Shown one piece after another: positions 13,603-24,050 of a stretch of 64,000 nucleotides of DNA. Position numbers and translations under genes: made by a program. Numbering within the stretch: position 1 is the first letter of the stretch; the number at the start of each line of letters is the position of its first letter. The DNA is from Eledone cirrhosa (Eukaryota). Under the pieces are notes generated by a model. The model was given only the letters and a program-made list of their open reading frames with translations, had not been told where the DNA came from and searched no databases. The DNA is taken from assembly GCA_964016885.1 (NCBI GenBank), contig OZ024741.1, forward strand, positions 18,042,001-18,106,000, written 5' to 3'.

Positions 13603-13763
13603 CTAGAACGTGTGTTAAGATTATTACCGAAATGGAAATACGAAGAAATTAAAATGAAAAAAAAAAAATTAACCACAGAAACAGAGAAAATTACACGAGA
13701 GAAAAACAGGATAGAGATAAGAAATGATATATATCTACAGGAATATATATATATATATATATA

Positions 13764-15250
13764 CTAGCATTAAAGCCCGGCGTTTCTCGGGGTCATTAAG
13801 TTACCAAAGTTAGGTTGCACCACCCATTTTATGGCAGCACTTTTTTGTCTGCCAGGCACTGGGTGAATGAATTGCAGACCTGGAAACAGGAGCTGCGCCA
13901 GCAGTGACAATTGTAGTTTCGCCTATGGATATTATCTCTGCAAAAAAGTGTTGAAATTTATTGTTTCACAGTACTTGCGCAACACGCGCGTAGACGATGC
14001 CGAACAACAGAGCTGCGATGGAGTTGTTCTGCATGGTTGTCTGTGAGTTTTCTAAATTTAAGACAGTAGGGAGGGTTGTGATATGAGGGAGAGTTAGCTG
14101 TTGTTTCTAGCAGGTTTAGTGACCTCATAGAGGATATGTGTTTTCTAAATTTAAGACAGTAGGGAGGGGTGTGATATGGGGGAGAGTTAGCTGCTGTTTC
14201 TAGCAGGTTTAGTAACCTCATAGAGGATATGTGTTTTCTAAATTTAAGACAGTAGGGAGGGGTGTGATATGGGGGAGAGTTAGCTGCTGTTTCTAGCAGG
14301 TTTAGTAACCTCATAGAGGATATGTGTTTTCTAAATTTAAGACAGTAGGGAGTGGTGTGATATGGGGGAGAGTTAGCTGCTGTTTCTAGCAGGTTTAGTG
14401 ACCTCATAGAAGATATGTTTTCTAAATTTAAGACAGTAGGGAGGTGTGTGATATGGGGGAGAGTTAGCTGCTGTTTCTAGCAGGTTTAGTAACCTCATAG
14501 AGGATATGTGTTTTCTAAATTTAAGACAGTAGGGAGTGGTGTGATATGGGGGAGAGTTAGCTGCTGTTTCTAGCAGGTTTAGTGACCTCATAGAGGATAT
14601 GTGTTTTCTAAATTTAAGACAGTAGGGAGTGGTGTGATATGGGGGAGAGTTAGCTGCTGTTTCTAGCAGGTTTAGTGACCTCATAGAAGATATGTTTTCT
14701 AAATTTAAGACAGTAGGGAGGGGTGTGATATGGGGGAGAGTTAGCTGTTGTTTCTAGCAGGTTTAGTGACCTCATAGAAGATATGTTTTCTAAATTTAAG
14801 ACAGTAGGGAGGGGTGTGATATGGGGGAGAGTTAGCTGCTGTTTCTAGCAGGTTTAGTAACCTCATAGAGGATATGTGTTTTCTAAATTTAAGACAGTAG
14901 GGAGTGGTGTGATATGGGGGAGAGTTAGCTGCTGTTTCTAGCAGGTTTAGTAACCTCATAGAGGATATGTGTTTTCTAAATTTAAGACAGTAGGGAGTGG
15001 TGTGATATGGGGGAGAGTTAGCTGCTGTTTCTAGCAGGTTTAGTGACCTCATAGAAGATATGTTTTCTAAATTTAAGACAGTAGGGAGGGGTGTGATATG
15101 GGGGAGAGCTAGCTGCTGTTTCTAGCAGGTTTAGTGACCTCATAGCAGATATGTTTTCTAAATTTAAGACAGAAGGGAGTGGTGTGATATGGGGGAGAGT
15201 TAGCTGCTGTTTCTAGCAGGTTTAGTGACCTCATAGAGGATATTATTGTT
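13764..15250 (-). mobile_element. Non-autonomous Helitron-like element (minus; 3' end at 13764) carrying a 93/91-bp tandem array
   Basis: Minus strand ends GACCCCGAGAAACGCCGGG-CTTTAATG-CTAG|T (hairpin + CTAG), next to (TA)n. 5' end not identified. Confidence 0.65.
14048..15243. repeat. 93/91-bp tandem array, about 13 units
   Basis: Unit TTTTCTAAATTTAAGACAGTAGGGAG...GACCTCATAGAGGATATGTG starts at 14048, 14141, 14234, 14327, 14418 and onward to 15154. Confidence 0.95.
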
Positions 15251-15255
15251 TATCA

Positions 15256-16468
15256 TCTATATATATAAAACTGAGGTTGTCTGTCTGTCTATCGATTTTT
15301 GGCACACATCTCCTCTTAGAATCTCTCACGGAATTGCACCGAAATTGCTATACTTGTACATTGAGCCCTAGCGAAGACATCGGAAAAAAAATATTTCAAA
15401 TTGACCCGCCCTATCTGACGAAATCGAATATAATGTATCGATTTTTGAGCGTAAGTGATCAGTTATTTCCCTTTGTTCTGTTTACATTCAGCGTAGCGTC
15501 TTACGTTCTCTTTACATTTTCTGCGTGCAAAAATTAAAAAAATGATTTCCCTTTGTTCTGTTTACATTCAGCGTAGCGTCTTACGTTCTGTTTACATTTT
15601 CTGCGTGCAAAAATTAAAAAAATTACGCTGGCAAAAATTAAAAAAATTACGCTGGCTTTCTCAGCGTTTAAAATGACATTAACACAATACACGAACAGTT
15701 GTCGAGCCAGCAAAATTTTGACCTGCAAAATTCATCAGTTCGAACACTAGGCTTTCGTTTTGCTTCATTTCCATTTAAAAGCCTTTTAAAACAATATTTT
15801 TACTTGAAAACAAGTCTATTTAAAGACTACGTAAAACAAGCAAATATTTCGTAAAAAAAAGCAAAAATTATATAAGTTTATTTAAAATATATGTATCTGT
15901 AAATTTCGTTAGGCGTGCAGACAGACAGTCGTGCAGACAGACAGTCGTGCAGAGAGGTGATATAGGCGTGCAGACAGAGTTGTGCAGAGAGGTGATATAG
16001 GCGTGCAGACAGACAGTCGTGCAGAGAGGTGATATAGGCGTGCAGACAGACAGTTGTGCAGAGAGTTGATATAGGCGTGCAGACAGACAGTCGTGCAGAG
16101 AGGTGATATAGGCGTGCAGACAGACAGTCGTGCAGAGAGGTGATATAGGCGTGCAGACAGACATAACTGATAATTTGGTTACGCTAATGTTTTTCTCTGC
16201 GTTGCAGTGTTTACATTTTCGATCTTTGTTAATAAATAACCAGTGCAGTTTTTATCCCCAGCATCCTCTTTTGTTATAACATTCGGGTTATCGTTATGTT
16301 TTCTTAACTTCATAAGGCATATTGTTGGTTGAGGGAATATTAATCAAAAACACCACATGCAAGTCTGCACAGTAGACACTACAGTTTTTAAGCCAAAAAA
16401 GAAACTTAACATTGTAACTTTAACACAGCTACTGAGCGACCCCGAGCAACGCCGGGCTTTACTGCTAG
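15256..16468 (+). mobile_element. Non-autonomous Helitron-like element (plus)
   Basis: 5' A|TCTATATATATAAAA followed by (TGTC)n; 3' CCCGAGCAACGCCGGG hairpin, 8-nt spacer, then CTAG|T. Internal 80-bp duplication (about 15465 and 15546). Confidence 0.75.
15912..16163. repeat. 37-bp minisatellite inside the Helitron-like element
   Basis: Tandem GTGCAGACAGACAGTCGTGCAGAGAGGTGATATAGGC. Confidence 0.9.
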
Positions 16469-17167
16469 TTATCTATAAAAGGCAGATTGTTGTTGTTGTT
16501 GTGTGTGTGCACATGTTCCATGTTTATACATTTGCACAATTTCAAACCGATTCGACTCAAAGTCTGTAAGAATCCACGTTCGTTGAGAGGTTTTAAAAAA
16601 GATTTATCGCTTGTTGTTGAATAAATGTATCAGTTGCTTTTGAATAATTGTCGTTTCGTATGAAATGTAATAATTGAGCAACTAAAAGTTAGTGTGGTTA
16701 TAAATCACGCACGTTGTTTAATTGCTTTAAATGTTTTTTTATCATTTGAAGTGAGTGTGTGTTTCTATGCGTTTGTAAATAAATCAGTAAGTTTGAAGTA
16801 TAAAAGAGAAAGTAGCAAAATGTGTGGGTTGTAGATAGAGGTAAGCAGATGATATGAGAGAGTAAAACGGACAGTATCACCATCAAGCTTGGAAAGAGAA
16901 AGTAGCAGAAAGTATGAAGTTGTATAGATTTTGAATGGTAGTGGATAGAGTTTAGTACTTTAAATGAGAGAGAAAAATCGTAAAATATTGAGTTTTATCT
17001 ATTTTTTGCGTAATTGTGGGTGAAATTAAAAAAATTAGATGTGCCAAGACGCAATCGAAGCTATTTCGAATACTGAATTGTAAATTTCAATTGAAGAAAT
17101 TCTATATCGTAGATTTCTATAACAAAGGAGCATGTCCATACACTGAGCTTTATAGATTATGATATAT

Positions 17168-17552
17168 ATATAAATATTAAAACAATGAAATTAAACACAA
17201 ACCTGTTTATTCATAGTAAAACACATTATTTTACGATCGTTTCTGGGGGGTAGTTCCCTGTATGTTCATTCAATTATTGATCTATGTAAAAGATATTACA
17301 AAATATCAAAGTAAGAAAAAGATACGTACGTCTTCACTACCCGCCGTCTTCAGAAATGATGAGTTTCTGAAGACGGCGGGTAGTGAAGACGTATGTATCT
17401 TTTTCTTACTATTATATTTTGTAATATGTTTTACATAGATCAATAATTGAATGGACATACAGGGAACTACCCCCCAGAAACGATCGTAAAATAATGTGTT
17501 TTACTATGAATAAACAGGTTTGTGTTTAATTTCATTGTTTTAATATTTATAT
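17168..17552. mobile_element. Foldback element (189-bp arms, 7-nt loop) carrying a hammerhead motif; putative Penelope-like pLTR inversion
   Basis: Arms are near-perfect reverse complements around the loop TGATGAG (17357-17363). Confidence 0.85.
17364..17491 (+). ncRNA. Type I hammerhead ribozyme motif with long stem II insertion (mirror copy on minus, 17229-17356)
   Basis: TTT-CTGAAGA-[CGGCGGGTAGT...ACTACCCCCCA]-GAA-ACGATCGT-A-AAA. Palindromic stem III; stem I is weak. Confidence 0.55.
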
Positions 17553-17789
17553 TTTGACTCTGTATCCAATTGAATTATATCGTTGATAAAAATGTTTGTA
17601 TTTTAAACTTTGCTTCACGACTTCTTCTACATACGGATTACATTGAGTTCTTTATGCGGTTTAGACCCTACCATTGAGTGGTAGATTTATCTGTGTATAT
17701 ATATATATATATATATTTGCGGAACAAGTAAATAATAAACAATCTTTTAAATAAATTAAAATACGATTTAAATATTTACCTCTTCTAAT

Positions 17790-17869
17790 GCCATGACCGA
17801 CGGTTTCGCTAATCAAAAGATTGGAAATTCAGAGAATTTCCAATGGAAAACTTTAGCCCTTCAGATAGC
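17790..17869 (-). ncRNA. Type I hammerhead ribozyme motif (A9G core variant, extended stem II)
   Basis: Minus: GCTAT-CTGAAGG-GCTAA...ATTGGAAATTC/GAATTTCCAAT...TTAGC-GAA-ACCGTCGGT-C-ATGGC. Confidence 0.6.
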
Positions 17870-18157
17870 TTTTCCAAACCTACTATATATAAATCCACGT
17901 AGATGTGGATGTGTCGCTTTCTGCCCGCTGAATGAATCAAGCCATTAAAATGACCACCACACAAATGGGCCGTTAGAAAGAGCATGAATAATAGACTCGT
18001 TGATATTTCATGTTACTAGAAATAGCAGCACGATACAACATTTTTTTCTCAACATTATGCAGAATTCAGATAAATGATATAGATATATTCCAGTAGGTAC
18101 TAAGTACCCACGGAAATATATATGGTGTCTATAATAGTGGTTGTTCCATGGTACTAC

Positions 18158-18262
<105 letters not shown>

Positions 18263-18394
18263 GTGAGGTTTTTTTTTACAAAATGAAAAATAACCGAGGT
18301 GTCCTACACGAGTGGAAGTATAAAGAAAAAGGGATGAAATCGAAAATGCAACTGAAGTCTTATTTTTTTTTTAAATATATATATTTATTTGGTT

Positions 18395-18432
18395 CCTTTA
18401 CCGGTTTCGCAGTTCTTCTGCTTTTCAAAAGG
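18395..18432 (-). ncRNA. Minimal type I hammerhead ribozyme, U3-A8 variant (mirror copy)
   Basis: Reverse complement of 18505-18542. Confidence 0.7.
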
Positions 18433-18504
18433 TGAGTTGAGATGGAGGGTCTGTGGTTTTTCTCACAGATGTGAGAAAAACCACAGACCCTCCATCTCAA
18501 CTCA

Positions 18505-18542
18505 CCTTTTGAAAAGCAGAAGAACTGCGAAACCGGTAAAGG
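18505..18542 (+). ncRNA. Minimal type I hammerhead ribozyme, U3-A8 variant
   Basis: CCTT-TTGAAAA-GCAG(AAGAA)CTGC-GAA-ACCGGT-A-AAGG: stem I CCTT/AAGG, stem II GCAG/CTGC, palindromic stem III, GUA site. Confidence 0.72.
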
Positions 18543-18611
18543 AACCAAATAAATATATATATTTTTAAAAAAAATAAGACTTCAGTTGCATTTTCGATTT
18601 CATCCCTTTTT

Positions 18612-18660
<49 letters not shown>

Positions 18661-18843
18661 GCAAACATACACTCATATATACATACACATACATACACAC
18701 ATATACATATGTATACGTATAGGTATACTCATACTGACTTTGAAACTTATACATATACGCGTATGTATGTGTATACACATATATATATACATATATATAC
18801 AAATTCATACACACACATACATATGCATATATATATACGTACG

Positions 18844-18899
<56 letters not shown>

Positions 18900-18904
18900 T
18901 GTAT

Positions 18905-19580
18905 ATATTTGGCCTTTTAACTTACCTTGTTGCTCTAGTTAACTAGCTTCTATGGAACGCTTGCCACACATCTCAGAAGTTGTTTTTCGCTAATTTCCAA
19001 TAGCCGAAATGCGATTCTCGCTAATTTATATTTGTATTAATCTCCAGAGTCTAGCTATTAACCAGTTAACTCTATTGACTGATTAATAAGTCTTGTTAAT
19101 TTTTATAACTATTCTGTTTAGAGCTTAATTCGTTTTGTGATATTTTGCAACACATAGTGAATTCATCCCTCAAGACTAGGGGTTGTCCCCCTTATCACAC
19201 CCCACGTGGATTTCGATAACGGTCGGTCCTTAGCTTTGCATAGAACTAAGTGAGTTCCTTGTTCGATCATCATACCCAAAGTTTAACATTATTTGTTTAA
19301 GCAGACAGTACATGATTTAAGAGTTGCAGAAACCCCATACTGGATCTTACCAACGTTTCCAGGCGTCCGGGTATAATTTTCAATCATATTTTATTATTTG
19401 TTTGACCCGAATTGCTTGGTCGTTTCTATGGCTGTGCGGATAATGGTTTAACCATCGTCTCAGTCTGTTTGGCCTTTTAACTTACGTTGTTGCTCTAGTT
19501 CACTAGTTTCTATGGAGCGCTTTCCACACATCTCGGAAGTTGTTTTTCACTAATTTCCAATAGCCGAAATGCGATTCTCG

Positions 19581-19585
<5 letters not shown>
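18905..19585. repeat. Interspersed repeat with terminal direct duplication (about 18908-19025 repeated at 19468-19585), (TA)n-flanked
   Basis: TTTGGCCTTTTAACTTAC...AATAGCCGAAATGCGATTCTCGCTAAT occurs twice; homologous to 3765-4260. Confidence 0.75.
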
Positions 19586-19675
<90 letters not shown>

Positions 19676-19969
19676 GTAGTTATATATATATATATATATG
19701 GAGAAAGTTATAGTTCACTTGAAGCATTGTGTAATGAGGTATACACGTTTGTATTTGTAAAGCCAAAACAATGCATTTCCTGTCAGCAAGACTTGGCAAG
19801 CTATTTAGAACGCTGGTTTAACCGCTTTACTTCCATCCCAAGAAGAGATATTATCTCGAAAATTAAGGACATTTAAATAAATTTAAGACTAATTGTCAAC
19901 AATATATTTTGCATTTGCATTTATATTCTATGTCCATACCTGCATTGTTTTGGCTTTACAAATACAAAC

Positions 19970-20037
<68 letters not shown>

Positions 20038-20136
20038 CTATATATATATAAATATTTATATATATATATTTATATATATATAAATATATAAATGAAAGGT
20101 ATAGAAAACATTTTAGCGAAAAGCTAACAGTATTCC

Positions 20137-20238
<102 letters not shown>

Positions 20239-20439
20239 TATATATATATATTTATATATATATATTTATATATATATATTTATATATATATGACGAAGCG
20301 AATAAGATCTAAAGAAATTCTGTAATGAAATTTGGAGATGTTTGTTGTTAGAGATTTACACGTTTGCAACGCGAGAGGAGATGATTACGACTTTATAGTA
20401 TTTCAACACATAATTATGTACATTGGTGTGTCACTGGTT

Positions 20440-20540
20440 GTAACTGACTGTAACTGTGAGTAACTTATGTGTCTGTGTGTAACTGGTTGTAACTGTGTGT
20501 AACTGTGTGTAACTGTGTGTAACTGTGTGTAACTGTGTGT
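20440..20540. repeat. 10-bp minisatellite (GTAACTGTGT)n
   Basis: Direct reading. Confidence 0.85.
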
Positions 20541-20747
20541 TTTTGTATCTGAATGTGTGTGTCAGTGGGACTCTGTGTATGTGTGTGTGAGTCTGTGTAT
20601 GTGTATGTGAGTCTGTGTATGTGTGTGTGTAAGTATGTGTACGTGTGCGTATTTGTGCACAATTTACCATCAAGAATCACATAACAGGCCGGGTTGCATT
20701 GTATGAATGGCAACTTTTTTCCTCGGTGGTATATATATATACGTGTG

Positions 20748-20868
<121 letters not shown>

Positions 20869-20990
20869 ATATATATAAACATTAAGAAATACATAAAGGG
20901 CAAAGTATGACAAATATAACAAAACAAAGTAAAGTTTTTGTTTTATCCAGTATATTTCAACATATTTCGAGGCTAAACCCCATTTTTCAA

Positions 20991-21072
20991 ATGCAAAATA
21001 AAAACGAATGACGTGGTCTTCCTTAACTCGCCCAAGTTAAGGAAGACCACGTCATTCGTTTTTATTTTGCAT
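20991..21072. repeat. Perfect hairpin, 38-bp stem with 6-nt loop
   Basis: ATGCAAAATAAAAACGAATGACGTGGTCTTCCTTAACT-CGCCCA-AGTTAAGGAAGACCACGTCATTCGTTTTTATTTTGCAT. Confidence 0.9.
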
Positions 21073-21705
21073 CGTATTTTGCGCAACATATTGGGGAACC
21101 TATCTCTCTCTTTCTTACTTTCTCTCTAACTCTCTCTATCTCTCTCTCTCTCTCTCTCTCTAGATATGGGTGTGTGTCTGTGTGTGTGTGTGTGGGGGGG
21201 TATGTGTGTATGTGTGTGTGTGCATGTGCGCGTGTGTGTGCGTGTGCGTGTGTGTGCAAATATACGTTTGTATGTGAATGTTATTTACCTTGTAACCTAT
21301 ACGGTTAATTGCATAATATAATATTTTCCTTACACCTTTACGTATCAACACACATACATTATGGTTGATTGACGTAACCCGGCACCCGCCGTTACTTTGT
21401 CACCTGTCACGGGATTCACTCAAGTTTTCACTCCAATCCCCCTACTTCACATCAGTTTTGAGTCCCTAAAAAGTATCATCGGCATGAAACACTCCCCCCT
21501 CTCTAAACAGCAAAGAAAACTTTACTGTAGAAATCAACTGAAATTAAAATGAACACGACACCTTTATCAAAATACAGGTTGAGTCATAAGTAACCAGGCA
21601 GTAAATACATTTTTATTGCAAGGTTCACAGATAACTTTTGGAACATCCGATTATTTATGTTTATTTAAATTTAAATTATCAAGTTTTCATAACTAATTAC
21701 ATAAA

Positions 21706-21895
21706 TAATTGTTTCTACTTTTGGCACAAAGCCAGCAATTTCCCCAGCGCATTACTGGTACTTTATTTTATCGAGCCCGTAAGGATGAAAGACAAAGTTA
21801 ACCTCGGCAGGATTTGAATTCAGACCGTAAACGGACGTAACTCTTTGTTGCAAAGCATGCCGTCCGACCTTCTATCGATACTGCCAATCCACCAC
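21706..21895 (-). mobile_element. tRNA-derived SINE, family 1
   Basis: Homologous to 844-1035 and 58409-58603. Confidence 0.8.
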
Positions 21896-22401
21896 CCATA
21901 AACAAGGAAAAGGGGGTAGGGGTAAAGAAGGGCAGATCTGACTGTATAGGAAAGTAGGAAACGGCTATAAATACCATAAATTAGAGGAAAAGAGAGGAAA
22001 GAGCAAGGACTCTTAGGCCAAAGAAGGAAGAAAGGGAGAGGGGGAAAGGATGACAAACCCTACACCTAGGTCAATACGGTGTTTCGGCTGCGCCCCGCGA
22101 ACAAAATCGTAAAGATATTTCCGCAGACAATGGCCAGCTACACCCGCTACAACAGCCACCCCACCTCACTGGGCTCCTTCCTCAGACTATGTGCTGATTT
22201 GTCTGTGATCAACCAAGGCTATGTTTTTAACTACCTTTGTTAATCATTTCGTAATGTATAACCCGAAGTTTAGTAAATATAATCACGGAACACCTGACTG
22301 TGTACACTTCACTTACACATTCTCAACTATTGCAGTCTTTGTGACATACATAAACGAATAAAAGCAACAGAGAAATATCACATCTTATACTTAGCTAATA
22401 T

Positions 22402-22612
22402 GGGACCGTGTGGCTGAGTAGTTAGAGAATTGGATTTACAATCTTGAGGTTGTGAGTTCGATTCCTGGACTGGGTGATGCGTTATTACCTTGAGCAAAGC
22501 ACTTTATTTCACGTTGCCCCTTCTACCTGGAGTTGCGACCGATAGATAGTATTAGCAACTGGAAAGACCAACGGAAACTTTGTTTCCTCCGATTTGACAA
22601 AAGTCGATCGAT
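22402..22612 (+). mobile_element. tRNA-derived SINE, family 2 (CORE-like central motif)
   Basis: A-box-like TGGCTGAGTAG, B-box GAGTTCGATTC, then CCTTGAGCAAAGCACTTT. Related copies at about 42.6, 58.0 and 58.8 kb. Confidence 0.75.
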
Positions 22613-22655
22613 CCTTTTTATTATGTCCCTTCGCTGATAGTAGCATATCACCCAC

Positions 22656-23170
22656 TTCTTCTTCTTCTTCTCCTCCTCCTCCTCCTCCTCCTCCTCCTCC
22701 TCCTCCTCCTCCTTCTTCTTCTCCTTCTTCTTCTCCCGCTTATTCCTGCGAGGGTCGTGGAGGCAGAGTCTTCAAACTCACCAGATCCTGTCAGAAGCAA
22801 CCTTCTCCAAATGATCTGGGTGGACACCCCATTGAGACCAGCAAACCATCTTGCTCGGAATCTACCCCTGGGTCTCCTGTCCGCTCATTTTGACCTTAAA
22901 ATCTGTCCAGCGATTCTTTCCTAGGCCATTCTAACCACATGCCCATAATATCGGAGCTGTGATCTCTCAGTTCGAAGCTGTAGCAACTCTATCTGGAGTG
23001 ACTCTCTAATTTCCGAGCTACGCACTCGATTGATTAACCTTACTCCAAAGCAAAGACCTGTCGGAGGAACCCCATTCTAACCAGATACCCATATTATCTG
23101 GGCTGTGTTCTCTCAATTCGGAGAAGTAGCAGCTCTACCTGGAGTTTCTCTCTGATCAGCAGGCTCACTG
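22656..23170 (-). mobile_element. RTE-clade LINE 3' fragment with (GAA/GAG)n tail
   Basis: Minus translation LRTERSQLRYYGHVVRM...RRPRGRFRARW matches the RTE ORF C-terminal motif; contains stops. Confidence 0.7.
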
Positions 23171-23599
23171 TCTTAAATAATGTGTTAAACTGTTTAGATG
23201 AGATAAACACAACTGGAATGTGTTTGATCTTAAATTTGCAGGTTCAGTACTGACATATGGTTAACTAAATCCAACAACATCACATCAAAACGTGAAACAA
23301 ATAGAGATTATAACGAAATATCGATAGATGAAAACTTCCAACTGGTAAGTAATAATATTAAATGAAAAGCTAAATAACCTAGTGAACTTTAACAAACATG
23401 TTGGTAGAAAGACCTGTAGTACAAGACATATAACATGCCAGATAGAAGTAGGTTACCATTAAAATAATAGAGTTCTTCATATCATCTGAAGATCACCAGC
23501 TGGTGTGAAATTCTGAGTCATGTTTATATGTTTGTGTATAAGGCATAGTGTTTCACGAGAGATAGTGAAGACATGAAGAAGAACAAAGAAAGAAAGATA

Positions 23600-23660
23600 A
23601 TAGGTAGGCAGGTAGTTAGGTAGGTAGGTAGATAGATATATAGATAGATAGATAGATAGG

Positions 23661-23702
<42 letters not shown>

Positions 23703-23718
23703 GGTAGATAGATAGATA
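23600..23718. repeat. (GATA/GGTA)n array at the 3' end of Tx1 element A
   Basis: Direct reading. Confidence 0.95.
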
Positions 23719-24050
23719 TGTTTCTTTTATTTGCCACCAGGGCATCAAAAGTGGGACAAGTACAAAGGGGGGAGTTTACACAAAAAGGCGTCCTCAATAA
23801 GGAGGAGGCAATAACAAAGTATAAAAATAAAATAAAATATAACAAAAAATAAAATTTATAACAAAATCCTCAATAGAGAGGAGGCGCCTTGGGGGGTCGC
23901 CCCCCCCCCCCCCCGAAAAAAGTGTGCAACCCTTTTCCTCAGGAGCACAGAGAGGGGGTGCTCCCTCGTTCCTTCCTCTTTTCCACCTACAGGCTTATGT
24001 AAAGAGAAGGCCCATTCACACGGGCCATTCTCGCCACTTTCACCCACCTT

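Noticed and set aside
14048-15243. Regularly spaced repeats resembling a CRISPR array
   Set aside because: No unique spacers, whole units repeat, no cas genes, eukaryotic context.
19835-19870. Hammerhead-like remnants: GAGAT/ATCTC-GAAA here, and similar at about 42505-42545, 44375-44445, 61680-61730 and 62328-62365
   Set aside because: Stem II-GAAA is present but the catalytic core or stem I is missing or too degenerate to call.
22402-22480. tRNA-like sequence (also at about 58790-58855)
   Set aside because: No complete cloverleaf and it continues into a SINE body, so it is a SINE head rather than a tRNA gene.
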